From contig DAONFG010000005.1 in assembly GCA_035403465.1 (NCBI GenBank), positions 4,479 through 68,478 on the forward strand: a stretch of 64,000 bases of DNA, in the 5' to 3' direction. Within the stretch, counting starts at the first letter, position 1. Each line of letters starts with the position of its first letter. The position numbers were made by a program, and so were the translations under genes. Under the pieces are notes generated by a model, which did no database searches, was not told the DNA's origin, and was given only the letters and a program-made list of their open reading frames with translations. Of the stretch, positions 1 through 8,439 are shown in pieces. This stretch comes from Spirochaetota bacterium (GTDB lineage Bacteria > Spirochaetota > UBA4802 > UBA5550).

Positions 1-1462
1 GGTAACTCCAGGTCTCTTCAGTAACATGGACATACTTTTCATAATATGCCGTAGCAGGGACAAAATACTGGTAGAACGCGCCGATATTGATATCAAGATC
101 TTCATCTATACTGAACTTTGCACCTCCTCCGACCTGGTGAGAACGGAGGAGCGGATCAACCTCATTGCGTTTGTCGGATTTAATTCCGAAATCATTGTAG
201 AGGTAGCCTGTACTGAGTGTAATTTTGGGATTGAGTATAAATTCAACTCCAAGCCCGCACTGATATCCAAGGTTGTAATCCTTCTCTCTGCCGTCAAGAT
301 CGCGCATCTGGCGCAGTGATATCTGCGCTGAAGAGAGCAGCTTGATCCAGTCTAAAAGAAGATATGAAAGCCCGAAATTAAGGGTTGTTGGATATGTGGC
401 TTTCAGAACCTTTGACCCATTACCATGATTGTATACCATATCATCTGACGCGGAGCCATCCTTGAATATGTCAAGATTGCCACTTGTCTCAATCGCGGCA
501 GGGGCGATAAAACTGTTTGTCGTTTTTTGAAGCTCCATGGGCAGATAGTATTCAAGTCTGAATGTTGCATCAAGACCTTTCAGTGCAGGAAGGAGCCCCT
601 CAGGCCTGAAGTGAGTGCTTAGAATGACACCGAAACCAAAACCCTCAGTATCAGTATCAACATCCCAGTCCTGACCCTGCTCATGAAGCAGAGACAGATC
701 AGAAAGATTATCATCATAGTAATAATGAATATTATCTATCTTTACCTTCATATTACCCTGGGCATGGATAATACGCAGTCCGCCGCCTGCTGAAATCCAG
801 TTCATGATCTCGTAAGCGCCGCCAAGGGTTATCCCTATATACATTTCATTCCTGATAGCCTCTGCATTTGAAGAATACCCCACCAGGGTATAGTCATCCA
901 TAGAAAAACCTGTTTCAAACGCCAGAAGGTTTCCCCAGTCAAGAACTGCCAGGCCATCACCATAGGTCATATTAATTGCAGCCTGCATTACAGCCAGGTC
1001 AAAGAATGCAGCCCATTTATCCTGCTTCCATACAATATCAAGTCCAGGTAGAACCGGTACAGTAAGCTCTGCCGGATACTCATCAGGCAGAGTTCCGACA
1101 AAGTAAGGCTCTCCCGTATCCGGGTTTATGACACCATGGGGCGGCGGAGTAACGTCCCCGAATTCACCTTTTTTAAAAGCGTAAAAATCCAGTGTATGGG
1201 TCTTCTTTACATAATATGTCTGGCTGGAAAAATTTATATGCAGCCCGTCCTGTGACATAAAAACAAGTCCCGCGGGATTGTAGAATGCGGCGTCAGGGTC
1301 TGTTGATGTATTCCTGTTCAGGGTACGCACATATTCCGTTGAATGATTGGAGAGTATCCCGTCCTCCTGGTTGAGGTCGGTTGCCAGACCAGCCACCGCC
1401 TGGAGAAACAGCAGCATCGATAGTCCGGCCTTCAGGTAACTATTCTTTATCAATTTCGGCAT
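1..1462 (-). CDS. OmpP1/FadL-family outer-membrane long-chain fatty acid transporter, 3'-truncated by window edge (absent from ORF track)
   Basis: Manual translation from ATG 1462: MPKLIKNSYLKAGLSMLLFLQAVAGLA (signal peptide), then ..LSNHSTEYVRTLNRNTSTDPDAAFYNPAGLVF, the typical FadL hatch motif. The same frame reads open at the window edge (..PATAYYEKYVHVTEETWSY); the middle was not fully translated. Confidence 0.8.
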   Translation of the reverse strand, partial: MPKLIKNSYLKAGLSMLLFLQAVAGLATDLNQEDGILSNHSTEYVRTLNRNTSTDPDAAFYNPAGLVFMSQDGLHINFSSQTYYVKKTHTLDFYAFKKGEFGDVTPPPHGVINPDTGEPYFVGTLPDEYPAELTVPVLPGLDIVWKQDKWAAFFDLAVMQAAINMTYGDGLAVLDWGNLLAFETGFSMDDYTLVGYSSNAEAIRNEMYIGITLGGAYEIMNWISAGGGLRIIHAQGNMKVKIDNIHYYYDDNLSDLSLLHEQGQDWDVDTDTEGFGFGVILSTHFRPEGLLPALKGLDATFRLEYYLPMELQKTTNSFIAPAAIETSGNLDIFKDGSASDDMVYNHGNGSKVLKATYPTTLNFGLSYLLLDWIKLLSSAQISLRQMRDLDGREKDYNLGYQCGLGVEFILNPKITLSTGYLYNDFGIKSDKRNEVDPLLRSHQVGGGAKFSIDEDLDINIGAFYQYFVPATAYYEKYVHVTEETWSY

Positions 1463-1542
1463 TATATTATGAACCTTCCTTTTTCAGATTTAGTTGAAAT
1501 CCCGCCCCGGCAATCATACCGGACCGGGATTCAGAATATTTA

Positions 1543-3498
1543 TCACAATCCGTCTGACCATGATTCAAACCAGTTGTATGTTGCGGTAAACGGATATGGT
1601 TTGGTATCCTTAAAAGGCATTGTCAGCCAGTCTGAACCGAGATACTTCATCCTTGTATATGAATCGGCCTGTTCCGCAGGATCGCTGTCATCAATCCAGA
1701 GATGGTAATCCAGCTCTGCCACGTATTCCCCGCCTGCAGTCTTAATAAGGAACGGTGGATTCGCTGTCAGGTCCCAGCCGTCCTTCACAGTAATGCTCTT
1801 CAGATCCGCCTTATGGGTACCGTTTATAATTATACCGCCGTCATTATACAGGAAGTCAAGTTTGCCGTCATTATAACCTGTCAGGGTTATTGTGCTTGTG
1901 GGAGTTGTTGTAACAACCCACTTTACATGTCCTGCCACATAGCCGTCACGCTCAAAAGTACCGGGTACAGGCTTAGTCCATGTTGACTTGGACTTATCCA
2001 TTGAAGGAGCATAAATGCCCCAGTAGAATTCTTCAGCGTTAAGCAGCTTGGCATGGAGGTTATAAGTCTTCGTTTTCCCGCTGGCGGCTTTTACTGTTAT
2101 TGTGACCGTTGTGACACGTCCCTCAACAAGATTGATCGCTGCTGCTGCTGTACCGGAACTGTACGTTGATGTTACAGTCGAGGGGCTTGCTTCACCGAAC
2201 TGCTGGGCCGTGAACACAACACTCTGGGCAGTTGCATCATCAACTACTGCTGTGATGTTCATTGAACTGTAACCGTAAATTACTGTTACATAGTCAGTTT
2301 TCGTCTTATCGAACTTGACAACATTCGGATCATGATAATTTGCTCCGCGCACAAATGTTCCGGGGTATATAGGCCTGCTGCTTATTGTTCCAATTCCGAC
2401 CTTGAGGCTCTTCAGGTCCGCATTTGCGCTTGAAGTGGTGCAAAGCACTTCTATTGAATATGTTTTGACTATGGCACCATTCTTCACTGTAACCTCAATA
2501 TAGTTGTAGCCATCTTGCAGCGTTATTGCGCCAAAATTTGCCGGAGCCACGCTTACAGTATTAACTGTCACGGAAATCGTTGCTGTGGATGATTCAGCCT
2601 GGGCTACAAGTGCAACAGGTGAATTTGCAATACTCATTGAGGCCTTATACGAAAGTGTATCCTTATCGAATGTTTCATCGAATGATACTTCATTTAAATT
2701 TCTGTCCTTTATTGACAAAGCAACAAGATCAGCAGTGGTAGTTGTCTGCTGGCGGAAAATGTTCATTGTGTATATCTGTGTATTGCCGTCGCCACCAGTG
2801 CATCTTGCCTCTATGGTATTCATACCTCCGATAACAGGAATAGCGGTCCAATTGGAATACTCAATTCCATTGGACAATATCTCAAGTTTTTTAAATTCTG
2901 CAGAATTTGCCTCAGCAGTAACATTTATCGTATTTGTATTAACGTTTCCCGAGTACGCAGTTATGCCCGGATCAAATAGCGGAGAAAGTGTGATATCCGC
3001 AATGGATAGTGTAGAAAGAGTGGCATCCGCATACGCTTCAGTATGTCGCGTAACGTTAATTGTATAATCCATCTGCTGTTGATCCTGGGATACAACAATT
3101 ACTTTGATTACATTCAAGCCGGGATTAAGCGTAATGGGGCCTGAAGGACTGCCGCTGGCAAGTATATTGGCCGGATTAACTTCGTTCAAATATATTTCAG
3201 CCCACTTGTGATCCTTGGTCGGAGTAATTGTAATTATATCTATTGACTCCGGCACATGAAGTACATAACTCCATGTTGTACTATCAAAGTCATATGTAAA
3301 ATTAAGCTTTGCTGAATTGGGATCCTCCTCATTATATAAGGCAGGAGCTTCAACCGTAAGATTTGCAATAAAATAGTTAGAGCTAAGCCCGTCACTAACA
3401 TCTCCGGCTATAACTCCTGCTATGTCTTCACCACAGCCCGAAAATGCTGCAATCGATGCCATGATTATCATGAATAAATATTTTCTAATCAGTTTCAT
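1543..3498 (-). CDS. Surface lipoprotein with four cadherin-like beta-sandwich repeats plus an unknown C-terminal domain
   Basis: Lipobox IAAFSGC; repeats of A-x-L-xx-L-S/K-I/V...FD..T..Y (ANLTV..FDSTTWSY, ATLSTLSI..FDPGITAY, ADLVALSI..FDKDTLSY, ADLKSLKV..FDKTKTDY). Confidence 0.75.
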   Translation of the reverse strand: MKLIRKYLFMIIMASIAAFSGCGEDIAGVIAGDVSDGLSSNYFIANLTVEAPALYNEEDPNSAKLNFTYDFDSTTWSYVLHVPESIDIITITPTKDHKWAEIYLNEVNPANILASGSPSGPITLNPGLNVIKVIVVSQDQQQMDYTINVTRHTEAYADATLSTLSIADITLSPLFDPGITAYSGNVNTNTINVTAEANSAEFKKLEILSNGIEYSNWTAIPVIGGMNTIEARCTGGDGNTQIYTMNIFRQQTTTTADLVALSIKDRNLNEVSFDETFDKDTLSYKASMSIANSPVALVAQAESSTATISVTVNTVSVAPANFGAITLQDGYNYIEVTVKNGAIVKTYSIEVLCTTSSANADLKSLKVGIGTISSRPIYPGTFVRGANYHDPNVVKFDKTKTDYVTVIYGYSSMNITAVVDDATAQSVVFTAQQFGEASPSTVTSTYSSGTAAAAINLVEGRVTTVTITVKAASGKTKTYNLHAKLLNAEEFYWGIYAPSMDKSKSTWTKPVPGTFERDGYVAGHVKWVVTTTPTSTITLTGYNDGKLDFLYNDGGIIINGTHKADLKSITVKDGWDLTANPPFLIKTAGGEYVAELDYHLWIDDSDPAEQADSYTRMKYLGSDWLTMPFKDTKPYPFTATYNWFESWSDGL

Positions 3499-3518
3499 AC
3501 ACCCTCCAGATCAACAAT

Positions 3519-3572
3519 AAAAACCGACGAGACGGTTTTTTACAAAGTAGCAAATCCGTCCAATTGGGTCAA
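3519..3572 (-). promoter_or_regulatory. Sigma70-type promoter of the lipoprotein-fadL unit with two palindromic operator candidates
   Basis: Minus strand TTGACC (3572-3567), 17 nt, TACTTT (3549-3544). CCAATTGG palindrome lies in the spacer. AAAAACCG-N6-CGGTTTTT at 3519-3540 lies just downstream. Confidence 0.55.
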
Positions 3573-3807
3573 GAATATTTCAAATTTTTTGGACAAAAAG
3601 TTAACGGTGTACAGGTATAGTATACTATGACAAAACTTCCGGCATACACAACAGGATAGCTAAATAAATAACGCCATTCGTGTAGATTAATTTACAGTTA
3701 ATTTATCATAGTAAAGTTTTTCTGCTTATATAATCAACTATTGGCCAGTAATTAAAGGGGTACTAATATTACCAGCTTAGAAAAATGTATGCGGGGAATT
3801 ACTTTGT

Positions 3808-4440
3808 CTACTTTTCAGACTGGAACATATTAAAACAGTTCTGTGTGAACAGAATGGCTTCATTGGTAAAACTGCCTATGTCCTGATTGCTGAAACTCTC
3901 TTTTTTCATGACAAAATAAAAATATGCCACACGCATTATACCGCCAAGAAGCCCGTTTGCCCTGAGCTCTTCATTAAGGTCCGGGTTGATATGTCCAAAC
4001 TTCTTACCGAGCTTTATATCATTAATAATAGCCTTAAGGACCGAATCTTCGAAGATACCGATTACCTGTTCAATAACCTCGTTGACCCCAAGGCTCATCC
4101 TGAGAATTATTTTAGTCCTGTCCTCATTTCTAAGAAAAAATGCGATTGTTTTGCCCATCCTGTGGCGCAGGTAGGCCCGCGCATAATCCTGTGAATCACC
4201 TGAACCAACGAAGTCGCCAAGATTAAGCCCGACTTCTTTTTCCCACTCATTAACATATTTTTCAATGAGGGAGACGAAGAGCTGCTCTTTAGTTTCAAAA
4301 TACTGGTAGATTGTACCTTTTGCAATGTGAGCCATGTTTGATATATCTGAAACCTGGGCCTGGTAATAGCCCTTTTGTGAAAAAACCTTTTCAGCGCATT
4401 CATAAATACGCTGTTTAGTCAGTTCGCCTTTTGTTGGCAT
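3808..4440 (-). CDS. TetR/AcrR-family transcriptional regulator
   Basis: N-terminal HTH: RIYECAEKVFSQKGYYQAQVSDISNMAHIAKGTIYQYFETKEQLF. Confidence 0.93.
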   Translation of the reverse strand: MPTKGELTKQRIYECAEKVFSQKGYYQAQVSDISNMAHIAKGTIYQYFETKEQLFVSLIEKYVNEWEKEVGLNLGDFVGSGDSQDYARAYLRHRMGKTIAFFLRNEDRTKIILRMSLGVNEVIEQVIGIFEDSVLKAIINDIKLGKKFGHINPDLNEELRANGLLGGIMRVAYFYFVMKKESFSNQDIGSFTNEAILFTQNCFNMFQSEK

Positions 4441-4473
4441 GAGTCGTTCCTGTTTGTTTTTTTTATATTGTAT

Positions 4474-4501
4474 ATTTTATCCCAACTGGATTGCAAGTCA
4501 A
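4474..4501 (-). promoter_or_regulatory. Putative tetR promoter with operator-like CCCAACTGGA in its spacer
   Basis: Minus strand TTGACT-16-TAAAAT. 4481-4490 matches the 3559-3568 motif at 9/10 in reverse orientation. Confidence 0.45.
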
Positions 4502-4793
4502 TTATATTTGAAGATATTTTTTATTATCCAAAAAAGCACTCTATTTGTGCAAAAATTGTCCCCAATCAGCCATTCAACGCTTTTGCAGTGCCCATCCTTA
4601 CATCATATAGATCCTCACAAATATCTGCCGCAGCCCGGGTCTTCTCTACCAGTTCTTCTGCAGGTCCTGGCACGCCAGCTTCCATATCCCATGGCAGCAA
4701 CCGTAAAATCCTGTTTTATTGCAGTATACATCTTGACAGAGCCTTTGTTGTATAACCAGGTATTGCACAGGACACGCATCCAGGCAGGAAGAT

Positions 4794-5252
4794 ATGGCAT
4801 CAGACCAGAAAATGGATATTCTCCAGACAAAAAAACCGGCAGTGATAAAAGTATTCGGCATACTTAACATCATACTCGGACTTTTCGGCCTCACTGTCTC
4901 AATATCAATAGCTTCCATGGCAGCACATCTTACGGATAAGACCGCAGGAATAACCGTTGCAGTCATGGGACTTTCCGTTGCGATTCCCATGATTGCAGGG
5001 GGAATCGGATTACTTATGAATAAAAACGCAGGCAGGATTCTGAGCCTTGCTGCCTCATATATCGCGCTCGCTGCAGGAATAATTTATATAGGCATTGTGA
5101 TCACCGCACTTTACTATATATATGACCAGCTTGCAGGCCCGCAGCGGTTGAAATTTATTATGCGCATAGTGACCGTACTCTGTATATGCATCTATCCTGC
5201 ACTGAACCTTTTTTTTATGCACAGCGGAAGGGTACGGGCTGCTATGAAATAG
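4794..5252 (+). CDS. Hypothetical membrane protein, about 4 TM segments
   Basis: Four hydrophobic stretches in 152 aa; no recognised motif. Confidence 0.65.
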   Translation: MASDQKMDILQTKKPAVIKVFGILNIILGLFGLTVSISIASMAAHLTDKTAGITVAVMGLSVAIPMIAGGIGLLMNKNAGRILSLAASYIALAAGIIYIGIVITALYYIYDQLAGPQRLKFIMRIVTVLCICIYPALNLFFMHSGRVRAAMK

Positions 5253-5317
5253 CATCATTCAGGTTCAGGCTGCGTGCTTAATCAGCCGTTAATAAATAAA
5301 GTTTTTGCACTTAATTT

Positions 5318-5833
5318 TTGAATCTAAGTTTAATGAGAAATACAGATCAACTTAAATGGCGGGTTAAGGTTTATGGCAACAGGATAATTATTTCCATTAT
5401 CACATTAATTGTTGTAATGACAGCAGTGCTGATTGTAATCAAATCAGGCACCATAATTCCTTTAGACCGTCACGGATCATCAATATCAAATATGGCTATT
5501 GTTTCAATTTTCATCTCGGTGCTCTGTATGCTCATCTTCAAGATAGTGAGGGCCACACTGGACGAAACAGAAAATAAAAACAGGCAGCTTGAGAAATACC
5601 TTGCTGAAATAAACGAAATCGTGAAGACATGCACGCCAGTTGCCCTGACACTCAGGAACACCGCTGATGATCTTGTGTCCAACGCATCGTCATTTTCGGA
5701 CAATGCCCAGACCAAGGCCGCCAGCGCAGAGGAGATCAGCGGCATATCTGAAAGTCTTGTGGGATCGACATGGCTGCTTAATGATGTCCTTACAAAAAAC
5801 GAAGAGAACAAGAAAGAAGAAACGATTGAGTAA
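5318..5833 (+). pseudogene. Truncated methyl-accepting chemotaxis protein-like ORF
   Basis: Two TM segments, then MCP-like heptads (ADDLVSNASSFSDNAQTKAASAEEIS), ending before the signalling hairpin. Confidence 0.5.
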
Positions 5834-5837
5834 AATA

Positions 5838-6488
5838 TTATTCCAGGGTAAATGTAATTGGCAGGTAGTGGGCCATCTTTACCCTCCTGCCGGACTTGTA
5901 CCCCGGCGAAAACCTCATGCGTTTCACGGCCTTGATGGCCTGTTCATTAAAACCATAAGGAGCCTTTCCCGACATTATGTTTGCTGAAACAAGTGATCCG
6001 TTCTCGTCTATCTGCACAAGCACAGTAACCTGGTATTCCCTTATGTTTGCATCCAGCGCCTCGCGCGGGTAATACTGGCGCAGGTCAAAGTCCACAATCG
6101 CACGCGGAGATGCATCGCCATTGAACGAGAAGAGGTAGCCGTCTTTGTCTGTACCGTCACCTGATATCTGGTTCGTGTTGATGTCGCTCTCAACCGGGTC
6201 ATCACCCTCCTTCTTTGCACCCTCAATCCATTCCTGTTTCTCTACCGGTGCCGGTGTTGTGTCCCCGCCGATCAGTTCAGCAGGTATATCCATTTCTATA
6301 TCGGGCCGCTCAAGCTCAAAGGTGTTCTGGAATTCAAGGGTCTCTTTTGAAGTTCCATTGCCTGTAAAAAAATATCCGGACGCGGCGATTACATGGACAA
6401 GCAGGGATATTACGATAGACAGCCTGAACAGGTGCTTAACAAAAAACCTGCGGTTCCTTATACTTATTATAACAGATTCATCGGCCAA
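5838..6488 (-). CDS. tonB: Energy transducer TonB
   Basis: N-terminal TM with SxxxH (SLLVH); C-terminal TonB domain (YYPREALDANIREYQVTVLVQIDENG..AVKRMRFSPG). Confidence 0.85.
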   Translation of the reverse strand: MADESVIISIRNRRFFVKHLFRLSIVISLLVHVIAASGYFFTGNGTSKETLEFQNTFELERPDIEMDIPAELIGGDTTPAPVEKQEWIEGAKKEGDDPVESDINTNQISGDGTDKDGYLFSFNGDASPRAIVDFDLRQYYPREALDANIREYQVTVLVQIDENGSLVSANIMSGKAPYGFNEQAIKAVKRMRFSPGYKSGRRVKMAHYLPITFTLE

Positions 6489-6492
6489 CGCT

Positions 6493-6897
6493 TTACCTCT
6501 TCACCGACAGCGCCATCCTGGTTACGCCTGACCTTCGCAGAAGCCCCATGACCTTTGACACTGTGCCGTACGAAAGGTTCTCGTCTGCAGAGAGCGTGAC
6601 GCGCATATTAGGCCGGTACTTTGACTCGCGCGACATCTCCGTCACAAGTGCAGACTCGGTGATTGAACGCCCCTCGAGAAAGAGCTTCCCGTCCTTTGTT
6701 ACAGCTACCTGTTTGGACTCCTTGATGTTGGGGTCCGCAGACGCCACTTTCGGGAGGTTGATGTTGATCGATTCCTTTTTGAGGAAATTCGCCGTTACCA
6801 TGAATATTACCAGCAGTACGAGTATTACATCAACCATCGGTGTAATGTTTATGTTGCTTATTATTCCATCTTCGTTGTCGTCAGATCCCGCACCCAT
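6493..6897 (-). CDS. exbD: Biopolymer transporter ExbD/TolR
   Basis: INITPMVDVILVLLVIFMVT motif and ADENLSYG. Start moved to ATG 6897 behind GGAG. Confidence 0.92.
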   Translation of the reverse strand: MGAGSDDNEDGIISNINITPMVDVILVLLVIFMVTANFLKKESININLPKVASADPNIKESKQVAVTKDGKLFLEGRSITESALVTEMSRESKYRPNMRVTLSADENLSYGTVSKVMGLLRRSGVTRMALSVKR

Positions 6898-6910
6898 TAC
6901 ACGTTCTCCT

Positions 6911-7522
6911 TCATTTATTTCGCGTGACGCATGCAAGCGCCTCTTTAGCCATGATTTCAAGGCTCTGCATTATGATTTTAAGTCTCCTGCTGAAGTAGTT
7001 GTTCAGCATAACAACCGGTATGGCGATCAGCAGTCCGCATGCTGTCGCGAGGAGCGCGGTGGATATACTGCGCATGACCACCTCGGCCCCGGTGTTCCCC
7101 AGCGTACCCAGGTTATAGAATGCCTTTATTATACCGAGAACTGTGCCGAGCAGTCCAATGAACGGCGCGTTGTTTCCAAGCGAAGAAAGAATTACAATCC
7201 GCTTCTCAAGGAACATCCTCTCTTCAATGAGCTTTCCCTCCATCATATGCGAAAGGGCCGCCTCCCCGGAAGGCGCATGTTCCGCTATGAATGATGCGAA
7301 CCTGGCATAGACAGATTCAGGGTACTGCACAACGTACCGGCCGAAATCCGAAAGGTCCCCCGACCTGAACTTTGCTATGATACCGCTGAAAATCTTTGCC
7401 CCGATCTTCCCGTTGTGCCTGAATATGAGCCCCCTGTCGATCACCACTGCAAGCGCAAGCACGCTTGCCAGTCCCATGACTGAAAAAATTGTACGCTCGC
7501 CTAAAGTAAGCAGGTTTTCCAT
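6911..7522 (-). CDS. exbB: MotA/TolQ/ExbB proton channel protein
   Basis: APFIGLLGTVLGIIKAF and ALLATACGLLIAIP motifs. Confidence 0.92.
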   Translation of the reverse strand: MENLLTLGERTIFSVMGLASVLALAVVIDRGLIFRHNGKIGAKIFSGIIAKFRSGDLSDFGRYVVQYPESVYARFASFIAEHAPSGEAALSHMMEGKLIEERMFLEKRIVILSSLGNNAPFIGLLGTVLGIIKAFYNLGTLGNTGAEVVMRSISTALLATACGLLIAIPVVMLNNYFSRRLKIIMQSLEIMAKEALACVTRNK

Positions 7523-7543
7523 TTATCTACTCCGTAAAATTTA

Positions 7544-7897
7544 TTACTGCAAATATCTTATCACTTTACCTCTAACACGCACGACGTTCACCACGCCGAC
7601 AATATAAACCCTGGTCTCACTGTAGTAGACACACTCGATGAGGTTGTCACCGCCAAGGCTGCGTATGGCCTGGTCAACAGCCCGCTCCGGGTCCAGGCCC
7701 GGTGTAACATTGAATATCCCCAGGAGGGTAAAACTGCTTGAAGCACCTTCCGCCTCGCCGAGTACCTGGTACGCGGAAGAACGCATGACCTTCGCGCCCG
7801 GTTCAATCGCCAGCGGGTGGACCCTGCCGTACAGGCACCCGCACATGAGTAGCGGCGGCAGTATAGCAGAGAGCCTGGTTAACCGGTACAGTCTCAT
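7544..7897 (-). CDS. Small TRL/Bor-like lipoprotein (paralog 2)
   Basis: Lipobox LLMCGC; GEAEGASSSFTLLGIF..AVDQAIRSLGGDNLIE pattern shared with the neighbouring paralog. Confidence 0.65.
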   Translation of the reverse strand: MRLYRLTRLSAILPPLLMCGCLYGRVHPLAIEPGAKVMRSSAYQVLGEAEGASSSFTLLGIFNVTPGLDPERAVDQAIRSLGGDNLIECVYYSETRVYIVGVVNVVRVRGKVIRYLQ

Positions 7898-8289
7898 TTT
7901 CCTTTACCCTTTTTATCATCGGCAACTGCAGGTTCTGCAAACTTTACCGCGTCCCCTTCAACAGTCACGGTAGTTGTGCCGAAAAACAGGAAGTACCCGT
8001 ATGTTTCATAGCACCGCACGTTTATCATGGTGTCTCCCTTTTTACTGTCAAGCGCTTCCTGTATGGCAAGGTTAATATCGGGCCTGCCTATCATGTAAAT
8101 TCCGAGGATGGAATACGCGGTATCGCTCCCCTTGCACTCGCCCAGGTTTTCTGTTACAGTTTTGCCCTGGAGCGGAGTAAGACTCGATGTAACACACACT
8201 GGTGACGTTACACAGCCGTTAAGGATCAGGACGGCGTTTATTGCTGCAAGATAAAATATTACTCTCTTCATAGAGTTCTCCATAAACAC
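7894..8289 (-). CDS. Small TRL/Bor-like lipoprotein (paralog 1)
   Basis: Lipobox ILNGC; GECKGSDTAYSILGIY..AIQEALDSKKGDTMIN; 4-nt overlap with paralog 2. Confidence 0.65.
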   Translation of the reverse strand: MFMENSMKRVIFYLAAINAVLILNGCVTSPVCVTSSLTPLQGKTVTENLGECKGSDTAYSILGIYMIGRPDINLAIQEALDSKKGDTMINVRCYETYGYFLFFGTTTVTVEGDAVKFAEPAVADDKKGKGK

Positions 8290-8303
8290 ATGATTCCACT
8301 TCA

Positions 8304-8421
8304 GTCACTACGAACTATCCTGCAGGGAGTGAAGTAATCTGTTTTTTGAACCGGCAGAGTTCTGATCAACTAAATAAATCATTAAACAGATTGCTTCGTC
8401 GCTGACGCTCCCCGCAATGAC
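8304..8421. repeat. 118-bp nested inverted-repeat (REP/MITE-like) element
   Basis: GTCACTACG (8304-12) pairs with CGCAATGAC (8413-21) at 7/9. GAAGTAATCTGTTT (8331-44) pairs with AAACAGATTGCTTC (8384-97) at 13/14. Confidence 0.6.
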
Positions 8422-8439
8422 AGAAATTTAAAAAACGTT

